From Amoeboradix gromovi X-113 (lineage: Eukaryota > Fungi > Sanchytriomycota), in contig JADGIF010000492.1 of the NCBI GenBank assembly GCA_018985225.1, forward strand, positions 1-7,750: DNA of 7,750 nt, written 5' to 3'. Under the pieces are notes generated by a model. The model saw nothing but the letters and a program-made list of their open reading frames with translations, was not told the DNA's origin and made no database searches. This document shows, piece after piece, positions 1-7,629 of the stretch. The first letter of the stretch is position 1, and every line of letters begins with the position of its first letter. Made by a program: the position numbers and the translations under genes.

Positions 1-125
1 TACTCCTCGTTAAAAGTCCAGATTTCCGAGAAAATCGAGAATTCTACATAGAAACTAGCAATGTTAGATGCTCCGTTACAGTGCTTGCTCACGCTTTCAC
101 TACCCTGAGGCGGGATTGAATAAGG
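1..125 (-). ncRNA. Putative Fanzor2 omegaRNA scaffold / element right end
   Basis: Lies immediately 3' of RuvC-III, where TnpB/Fanzor omegaRNAs are encoded. Contains the stem GUAGUG...CACUGU enclosing GC-GUGA-GC (GNRA loop; 103-78) and an imperfect hairpin at 21-44. Boundaries are uncertain. Confidence 0.45.
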
Positions 126-472
126 ATGCAGATACTTGTATATGTTCCCTGCTGCCATATGGTCTCTATCTATCTTCAAATGACAATTATCACAAGTGTA
201 GGTTTCTAAATTAGTTTTCTTTAGAGTACCACACCTTGTACATGTCTGAGTAGTAAACGCTTCATTACATTCGATTATCGTCTTTCCTCTTTGTTTACAC
301 TTGAACTTCAAGCGTTCCTTGAATAAACTGTGCAGATATCTTTTTTCTGGCCTCGAAAGACATCTAATTCTTCCATGTTTGGACCAGTTCCTAAGTGTTG
401 ATGAATGTATGCTGTGCCTGCTATTTATTTCTTTAGATTTCACATATTCGGGATTACATCCATTGATCCCAT
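1..472 (-). mobile_element. Internally deleted IS607-like element: TnpA (serine recombinase) N-terminal HTH fused in frame to a Fanzor2/TnpB C-terminus
   Basis: One open minus-strand frame from 449 reads EYVKSKEINSRHSIHSSTLRNWSKHGRIRCLSRPEKRYL (MerR-like HTH typical of IS607 TnpA: TLRxW..GxIxC.R...KR). It continues directly into HSLFKERLKFKCKQRGKTIIECNEAFTTQTCTRCGTLKKTNLETYTCDNCHLKIDRDHMAAGNIY: RuvC-II Glu at 263-261, CxxC at 242-231 and 194-183, RuvC-III Asp at 164-162. ATGs at 472 and 463 are one base out of frame (MDVIP/EYVK). No stop is reached before the window edge. Confidence 0.88.
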
Positions 473-779
473 ATATAATTAATGTAAAGGAAGAATATCG
501 AGTATTTAAGCTATTGGAAAAGTCATGAAATTATATAAAAATGCATACAAATTTGCGATAAATGTTTTATTTTACAAAACAATCGAGCTGTATATGATAC
601 ATCCTCCGTCTTAAAAACCATCATGATGCGATCCTGTCTAGGCTTGGATCAGATCTCGTAACAAGCTACAATAGTTTTATATCTTAGCATCACAGAAGCT
701 CAATTGCAGTACTTAATTTAACCGAAATTGTTTGATTTATTTACGATAATATAAACATTTTAATCTTTATTGCTTTTAG

Positions 780-1893
780 TTAAAACAGCTTCCTCATTTG
801 CTCATAAGTCACATAACTTATAGATGCAGCTGGAGCTACTTTGCATAACGCAGGAAGCAGCCCTTTATAAAACCCTCGTATTCCTTCGTTTCTTCTTGTA
901 TAGTTAATACACTCCCAGACATTTTTGTATTCTACCGGATGCGCTGATGTTTTCATTGCTTGCAGCCTAAATCAGTATTTTGTACCTTGTTCTGATTAAA
1001 TTTAAAGGATAAACAATAGATGCAGATACAGATGCGCTCACCATACCAATTCCCAGAGTACCTGCAACCATTGGAGGCTGCCCAGTAATATTTCGGTATA
1101 AACCTTTTAAAGATTCATAAGTGCCTAGATCAATACCAGCATAGGGGATAATTCCAATCAAGGCTGGACCCGCACCTCTGTAGAAAGTAAAAAATCCGAA
1201 TTTATTGACGCTTTTTGCGACATCGAATATTGACGCTTTTTGCTTAGAATTTTGTTGTAACGCAATCATATATCTAGTTTTCAACGTTTCTAATGGATAA
1301 ATGGCTAACTGACTAATAAAACCAGCTATTGACCCTGCAAGAAATCTACTGGATGGTACATCTGGAAGTATCTCTTTCGAGTACTCAAAGAAGTGAAATT
1401 TTAAGGCAGATTCAGGCATAACCTTCAGACAGTTAAGTAGGTTTCCTCTCCAGAAGGATCGAATGCCATTTTCTTGGTAAATAATTTTTATAATATTTGA
1501 AATGTTGGATTTGCTTGGGTCAGTTTGCAAGTATATTTTAAGCCGATCCAAAGGCGCTGTACAAGTACGACTGACTATTCCGGCTATAGAACCAGATATC
1601 GCAATGGTCCACTGATGCTTCGGCGGCACACTCCCGATTACCCAATAATGAAGTAAATCAGATTCAGTAACAATATTCTGACTACGGAAAAATTTCTTCC
1701 ATTCACCCAGAGTAATTCCTTGATTCTCATGTTGAATTGAACTTATCAATTTCTCTATTTTAGCATCACTCCAAGCAACATGGTTTTCTTTCAAAAACCG
1801 AATAATTTCATCGCGTGTTAGTAAATCATCATTATTAGAATCTATTTTAGAAAATGTTTGGTCAATTACAGACTTTTGATCGTCTGCTGGCAT
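780..1893 (-). CDS. SAL1: Ca2+-binding mitochondrial carrier (ATP-Mg/Pi carrier, SCaMC/SLC25A23-25 family), 364 aa, 2 exons (1893-986, 966-780)
   Basis: N-terminal EF-hand DSNNDDLLTRDE. Three carrier signatures: PLDRLKIYLQ, PLETLKTRYM and PLNLIRTRLQ (the third completed across the intron). Also carries FWRGNLLNCLKVMPESALKF. Spliced exon 2 gives LQAMKTSAHPVEYKNVWECINYTRRNEGIRGFYKGLLPALCKVAPAASISYVTYEQMRKLF*. Confidence 0.93.
967..985 (-). other. 19-nt spliceosomal intron
   Basis: Sequence GTACAAAATACTGATTTAG with GT..AG ends and branch-like ACTGAT. Removing it restores the conserved IRTRLQ carrier motif and the missing sixth helix. Confidence 0.9.
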
Positions 1894-1928
1894 AAAAAAT
1901 TACAAAAGTCAAATGTTTCAGGACACCT

Positions 1929-2053
1929 TTGGGACACCAAATATAAGACAAGACCAACTCGTCTTTAAAGTAAATGCTCCATAAGAAGGAAATGCTGTTA
2001 TTAATAAAAGTCCTTCTTCTTTCAAACCAATTTTCTTTCATTAAAGCCATTCC
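1929..2053 (-). ncRNA. Repeated element 3' end, candidate Fanzor1 omegaRNA scaffold (copy A)
   Basis: About 80% identical by hand alignment to 7630-7750, with a sharp shared boundary at TTGGGACACCAAATAT. Hairpins at 1945-1965 and 1977-1988 are conserved in both copies. Lies directly 3' of a Fanzor1-like C-terminus. Confidence 0.62.
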
Positions 2054-2086
2054 CCTCTTTAAAATAAAACAAGATGACCCACTTTC

Positions 2087-3271
2087 TCTTGCAAGAATAT
2101 GAGGTCTTTGAGTACTACATGTCTGCAATGCAAGCAATCTCCACAGATGTTTTCGGCATGTTTTGAACCTGCTTATATCTGATGCTCTTATGACCGCAAT
2201 TAAACATTGGAAGCAGAGATTAATGACATTACCTCCCAAGGAACAGTGGCATTTAAACAAGTTAACGGTGGGATTCGCTTCATTCATAGTAAAAGCGCTT
2301 TGAGAAAGTAGTTTCCAATTACTGCAAACAACTTTGAAAAACTTGTGATGAATTAAGTGCATATCTCTCCCAGTTCTTGTATAAGTTCCTAGTCAGTGCC
2401 AGCTTGCGAACTCTGGAAAAAAATCACCAGAGGCTTATCAATAAGAGGCCGTCTTTAGGGCAGCCTCGCTATTAATCTAAATTGCTATTGTATTGCAGCG
2501 CCTTTTCTATGCTGCATTTTATCCCCGGCAGCAATTGTTAGGGTTTGTAGCCTTTATGTTTCTTGACTTATGCAGTGTCACTATTGACAGTCAATTCTCA
2601 AATGAAGTCTATTCAGCATATTCATTGGCCCGTGTGCCCATACCACAACTGATTTAATACTTATATAATCCACCATTGTAATAGTTATCTGTCTTTGATC
2701 CGTTATTTTCATCATTTATGATGTCTTGCTGCTTTAAATCCAATTTCTAGTAAAGAGAACACTTATACTATAAGAAAGGTCTCTAGACACCTGTACTCGG
2801 GATCACCTTAAACGGCCTCGTTGAGCCATGGTTTTTGATGGAATTATAATCGCGGATCTCCTCGTATAATTTATATTCGAAGTGGAACTATTAGTAAACA
2901 ACTTAAAATCGATGATCCGACCCACTCTTAGCGTCTTGCAAAAATGTTAGAGAGCGCTATGAATCCAAGTCTCTTGGATTTGAATCAAGACGGAGCGTTG
3001 TTGTCATCTCTTGATCTATTAACTGTGTAGAAAAAGACTGAAACTCTATATCTCACCGATGACGCTGGGACGAGACACGGCGCTAAGTGACGCACTTCTT
3101 TTTGGGCTCCATTTCCAAGCAAGTGTTGCAAATCATATCTGGCTTATAAACAAATTCTTCCCATTTCTTGACTCACTAATCTTTTCTCTCTTGTGCTCTT
3201 AAGCGTAATCGAATAACTGAGGCATCAATTTCTTCCTAGGTTGTACTAAACCTGATACGCTTGAAACCCAT
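2087..3271 (-). pseudogene. Decayed Fanzor1 (TnpB-family) nuclease-like pseudogene with stops, frameshifts and internal deletions
   Basis: The frame from ATG 3271 reads MGFKRIRFSTT*EEIDASVIRLRLRAQERKD..KKWEEFVYKPDMICNTCLEMEPKKKCVT...FEYKLYEEIRDYNSIKNHGSTRPFKVIPSTGV*RPFL*Y...NYYNGGLYKY*ISCGM...AALKTASY. Frameshifted remnants follow: ELIQELGEIC, KVVCSNW, QC.NCGH and (AENI)WRLLALQTCSTQRPHILAR. FxxIP, KTAS, two CxxC remnants and a terminal RPxxLxR occur in the order seen in Fanzor1. No intact catalytic residues are recognisable. Confidence 0.58.
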
Positions 3272-3656
3272 TTGAGTATTCAGTTTCTAGTGTATGTTGC
3301 ACCTGTATAGGATTTTTTTCGTTTGTTTGACTAGTGTAATTACTTAGTAATAATATTGGAGGTTTACAAAATTGTATAATTGAAATATCCAGTTTGAAAG
3401 TTAACAGTTCTTATTGCTCATTTTAATATGAAAAGTATATCTTACTCTCGCTAAACATAAACTGAGCTTATTCTTTAACGCCTTACTTATTGTTTATAAG
3501 CTCCTAAAAATGTGAGCATTAATTGGATTGCTTGCTATGTAAATGGCCTACTTACAAAGAGTTTGCAAAAACTGAAAAGCAAGCATGAGCGAAGTTTTCA
3601 AGTATTGTGGCGATATCCATCTTACATGATGAGCGTTATTTAACTCTTAAGTTAAT

Positions 3657-6033
3657 TCAACAAAATTTATTCCATTCATTATAAAAGCTATTTGATATGT
3701 AATTGTCCTGTTCTAGCCCAATTGCTGTCAAGTTAACGGTCATATCGTTGAAGTTTTCAAAATAAATTGAGTCAAAATTATCTGAACAAAATGGCCTTAT
3801 TTTAAAATTTTTTTCTTCAAAGTTTTGAATAGGGGAAGAGTTATCAAGTTCGGTTAAGTAGTTTCTAAATGTTATCTACATTAGTTTGAGTTACCAAAAC
3901 ACTATTCTTTAATGGGCCGGACAAACATCGCCAAGCTTCCCTTTTATTCTCAACAAGAACATTTTTAATATCTACGCAAGAGCAATTGTTTTGTAAAATT
4001 ACGCCAAGGTTTTGGCAATAGTTATTTGGAGAACCATAATATAATTGAGCTTCACTAAAGTCGTTTTCATTGTTGAACTGTGAATTACCAGACAATGTGG
4101 CCTCACTGGCGCGATCCCTCGAAGCATAAGAATAGCCATTTACCAAATTATAGGAGTAAACTGGATTTTTAATTGCAATCATTCCTACCACTGCTGAAAA
4201 GGTAGAAGTTAAAACTAGAGCAATAAAGTAATATACTAAAATGTCCTGCAACTTCTTGTCAATCACCATATCCATGTTCTCCAGTTCCGCAGCTTCGATA
4301 TTTAAGTATTCTGCTAATCTGACCTTACCTTTTGTAAAATCTCCTTCGGGTCCCTCTTCGACTTCTGCCTTGCTTTTTTTCTTGTGGTGTACCAAATCCT
4401 TTGACATCTTTTTGGAATACCGCGAATCTAGGTATAAGCCCAGCATAATCGCAAGAAACGGGAGTATTGTTGTAGCAACGATCACTGGCCCAGCAACTTT
4501 GGCACTGACAGGCACCTTGAACGAAAACAGGACCGCAATGAACGCGTTTACAACATTCAGTCCTTGGCAGACAATTGCCACAATATCTTCGATGTTGCTA
4601 ATATACGGTCTCGAGTAGCACGTAATACTAAAAACAAACAAATGTACCCCAGTTAGAGCAACAAATACGACCTGAGTACTTGTACCTCTGTCCGTTTTAT
4701 TTAAGCCAGCTAAAGAAACTATACTAACAACTAAAAGTCGATAAACCAATGATATTAGCTTGTAGTCCTTCCATTTCAGCTGAAACATGGCATATAATGA
4801 TCTACAGCAGTTTTTCGAAGCTGTGACTCTCACAATCCATTGATTCTCAGGGTTTTTTGCTAATACAGGGATTTCCTGTACAAACTTGGAGCACGTTTTA
4901 ATTAACTTATAGTACAAAATCGGCATTCCTATTGTTATCAAAAATATTGATAGAACACACCCCGGGATAAAGTATGGCAATATTTCTGAATAATAAAGTA
5001 TGGTCTTGTCAATCTTCATAAATAGCTCACTTTCTAAGGATTTTTTTAGACCATAATCTGTAAATTGCACCTCCGTATTATTATAACTACTAAAACAGGA
5101 GTTGGATCCTCCTGTATAGGGAGCAAATGGCATCTTCATGTTCCTAACTTCAGTATTTTGGCATTTTTGATATTCAACAAAATTTGAAGAGAAAACAAAT
5201 CTGAATGTCGACAAGGTGATTGGTACATACAGCAAACTCATTACAATTAATATGATCTTTACCACATTCTTTCTAAATCCGTAGTTCATTCTTGTGTTAA
5301 ACATTCTTCCACGTACAGACATGTTGGAAATTACATTATACAGCATGACTATACCTACGAGTCCCAAAATAACGAAGATTGGGTTGCCGTTGTTTCCACT
5401 GTTGCGGTCAATGTTACGGAAGAGAAATGTTCCAATTCCAAAAAAAAAGAAGCCCAAAATTAAATTTCTTGATTGTCTCCAAAAAGACTTTTTGTGAACG
5501 AATTTTAGCCCTTTAAGAAATTTAAACTTTTCTAAATCTATTTCGTCTGCGTCAAGATTTACAGTATCCCCTGTAGCACTTTTTATTTTTTCTTCTATAG
5601 CCTTTTTGTGGCGCCTTTTATAAACAAAGTACTCAATGCCTAGAAGTATTAAAATGACCCCCGTCAAAATCATCAGAACAGTACCACTCGGGTCTTTCTT
5701 GTTAAATACGAATATTATTAATCCTAAGAAAAAACCACCGGTGCAAACTATAATAATCCCGTATCTCAAAATTGTAATCAATGAACGGAAACACAAAATT
5801 ATAATAGCTGATATAGCTATGGGGATCATAGATGTTATGAGCAAATGCTGAGCCCTACTATCAGCGGAATTTAGGCCGAAATAAGGAAAGCTTTCCATAA
5901 AATTGAAGGAAAAAAATTTCAAGATATTTATATAAGGCTTCCATTCGTCCGGCCACTCCATGTCTGCGCTAGCTGTGATGGAAAGAAATTGAGCGTTCAT
6001 CATTAGAATCTCTGCTAAAGAACTGACTCCCAT
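3657..6033 (-). CDS. Multipass membrane protein (~785 aa) with TRP-like/Flc-Pkd2-type transmembrane motifs; 2 exons (6033-3895, 3875-3657)
   Basis: Long ORF with more than 10 hydrophobic segments. Motifs include AQFL...EWP...FFSFNF, YVPIT, LYAMF..KW and RPYISNIED. Splicing 3894-3876 opens 72 further codons (ITFRNYLTELDN...EWNKFC*). The family assignment is tentative. Confidence 0.8.
3876..3894 (-). other. 19-nt spliceosomal intron
   Basis: Sequence GTAACTCAAACTAATGTAG. It has the same length and the same ACTRAT position (nt 10-15) as intron 967-985. Removal extends the frame by 72 codons. Confidence 0.82.
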
Positions 6034-6071
6034 TTAAGAAAGTGAAACTATTGGCCTAATATAAATCAAGA

Positions 6072-6821
6072 TTATTTACTAACAATTAAGTAAAGAAGAT
6101 CTTTATCATCTATCTTATCATGGTTCTCACACACCTTTCCATTCCCGACTAAAATCTGATTCTGAATAGGAATACTCAGAATATTAAAAATAGACTCTTT
6201 CACTTCCAATATTCTCGAAAAGTTGCCAACAGGTAATTGAAATTCCTGATCATGAACCGTTTTAACGCAGATGGTTCTTCCTTCTAAGTCGATTAGGTTT
6301 TTCTCGTCTTTTATATATCTTTGCTTTTTATCAGAGAACTCAGTTGACTTCTTTGCCTGTTTTAAAATAAGCAAAGATTCAATTTTAAACAACGCTGATT
6401 TCATTTCCTCAATTTCAGAGTTTAACTTGCCCATATTTGAGTCATAAATGGATTTCTCAATTGCAAACTTAGCCTGCAGGTCATTAAAACAGTCCTCAAC
6501 AAATGCATTAATCCCGTAGAGCTGCTGCTTTTGATCATTTAACATATTCATAACTTTCTTATTCGCTGCTTTTTGTCTTTCAATTTCGCTCTCTTGCAGT
6601 TGAATTTTTATACTTTGTTTGCTCAACCTTTCCTGAAGTTTAGAGTTAGTGTCATGTAATAAAAGTTCTAACTGTGTTAACTTGATGTTGTCCTGATTCA
6701 CTAGATATGTCTTGTCGCTATTAATAGCATCTTGAAATTTTGGACTACCATGAGTTTTATCAGAGTTTAAAGATGGCTTAAGGGCGTTCTCTTTCTCAAT
6801 AATCTCGTATTCGTCGTTCAT
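6072..6821 (-). CDS. Coiled-coil protein with C-terminal ubiquitin-like domain (no di-Gly), 249 aa
   Basis: Heptad-rich Q/E/K/L central region. The C-terminus ICVKTVHDQEFQLPVGNFSRILEVKESIFNILSIPIQNQILVGNGKVCEN...LYLIV follows the ubiquitin pattern (IFVKT..G....L.V....TI..VK..I....GIP..QQRLIF.GK.LE...LHLV). Confidence 0.85.
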   Translation of the reverse strand: MNDEYEIIEKENALKPSLNSDKTHGSPKFQDAINSDKTYLVNQDNIKLTQLELLLHDTNSKLQERLSKQSIKIQLQESEIERQKAANKKVMNMLNDQKQQLYGINAFVEDCFNDLQAKFAIEKSIYDSNMGKLNSEIEEMKSALFKIESLLILKQAKKSTEFSDKKQRYIKDEKNLIDLEGRTICVKTVHDQEFQLPVGNFSRILEVKESIFNILSIPIQNQILVGNGKVCENHDKIDDKDLLYLIVSK

Positions 6822-6873
6822 CGTTCAACAAGTCCTAAAAGGGGCTCTCTTTTAAATAGTTCATGTATTAATC

Positions 6874-6883
6874 ATTGGCCAAT
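6874..6883. promoter_or_regulatory. Possible double CCAAT box (palindrome ATTGGCCAAT)
   Basis: Palindrome giving CCAAT on both strands about 55 nt upstream of the ATG at 6821. Motif match only. Confidence 0.25.
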
Positions 6884-7042
6884 CAGGTGAGCCTAATGTT
6901 ATATCCTACACAAACGAGACGGATTTTGAGAAAACGGTAATATAGCCAGAGACAACTCTTTGCTGAAACATATTCTTGTGTGAAATATAGTATAAAACCA
7001 ATTTTTTGTTTTCGCTCTTATTTACACCGTTTGGCAAATAAA

Positions 7043-7200
7043 ATGTTATTTTTGTAACATAAGGCCCCACTTTAGACCTTGCTCATGTCTGTGTAAAGTG
7101 CGTGAACCGCGTCGTGGTTTTTTGACGCGGCGAGCGAACATCACTCCCCATCCGTATAGCGGGTCTGATTGAACCTTCGTTCGTCGAAGGTACTCAGGAC
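7043..7200 (-). ncRNA. GC-rich multi-hairpin segment, candidate omegaRNA of a second Fanzor1 family
   Basis: Stems: ACCUUCG/CGAAGGU (7173-7191), CCGCGUC/GACGCGG (7107-7130), AAGGUCU/GGGCCUU (7061-7080, whose G-U pairs work only on the minus strand) and AUGUUA/UAACAU (7043-7060). The segment begins inside the RPEYLRR codons. Confidence 0.55.
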
Positions 7201-7317
7201 GCGCTAACGTCTTATCTTTTAAAGAATCCATGTAAATCATGATTGAGATTGCAGAAATTTTCCACTGTGTCTGGTCTTGTGTTTGGTGTCTTTGTGTTAA
7301 CTACAATACAAAATGCC
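7181..7317 (-). pseudogene. Fanzor1-like C-terminal stub
   Basis: Reads GILYCS*HKDTKH, then after a frameshift QWKISAISIMIYMDSLKDKTLARPEYLRR. This resembles the Fanzor1 end (G.L.C...W[NRD].N[AS]A.NI...RP.YL.R) with the catalytic NRD absent. Confidence 0.5.
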
Positions 7318-7629
7318 TTCTTGGCAGTTTGTTTTAAAAAGTTCGTGTAGTTTTTGGTGATTGTTCCTGAATGAAAAAACAGAAAATTACTTCAACTCAA
7401 AGCAAGGCTAATGGCAAAGTAATTATTGGATTAATTGGATTGAAAAGGGAGATTGAGAATAAGAAATTAGAGAGCCTTTGTCTTGGTGGGAACAAAGCGA
7501 AAACTTCAAGTAATTCAGAGAGGCTAAACATTTTAAAGACTAATCAATTTGATTGTTATGCAGGATACGCACACAGTGTTAGCAAGATTCAATCTCCCAG
7601 GCTACCTAAGAAATAAAGCGTTTAATAAA

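Noticed and set aside
301-528. 75-aa plus-strand ORF
   Set aside because: Antisense shadow of the TnpA-Fanzor2 frame, with no recognisable motifs.
1921-1938. GGACACC duplicated at the end of copy A as a target-site duplication
   Set aside because: Both copies are on the same side of the element, and copy B lacks the duplication.
1862-2362. 166-aa minus-strand ORF as a real gene
   Set aside because: It strings together frameshifted Fanzor1-like remnants, the noncoding repeat and the carrier start, and lacks intact catalytic motifs.
2962-2980. 8-bp inverted repeat AATCCAAG/CTTGGATT
   Set aside because: Isolated within the pseudogene with no supporting context.
4241-5851. Plus-strand ORFs 4241-4618, 5294-5497 and 5636-5851
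   Set aside because: Antisense shadows inside the membrane-protein gene.
6034-6085. Intron joining the Ubl ORF to the membrane-protein ORF
   Set aside because: Candidate GT..AG pairs lack the ACTRAT/19-nt pattern, and an in-frame TAA precedes the downstream ATG.
7046-7240. 64-aa ORF as a standalone gene
   Set aside because: Only the first ~20 codons look Fanzor-like; the rest reads through the hairpin region.
7272-7290. TGGTCTTGTGTTTGGTGTC as an inverted partner (TIR) of the repeat end
   Set aside because: A short, gapped, low-complexity match lying inside the other Fanzor stub; likely chance.
7371-7616. 81-aa plus-strand ORF
   Set aside because: Short, has no recognisable domain and lies between element remnants. 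It could be another decayed fragment, but I cannot support that.
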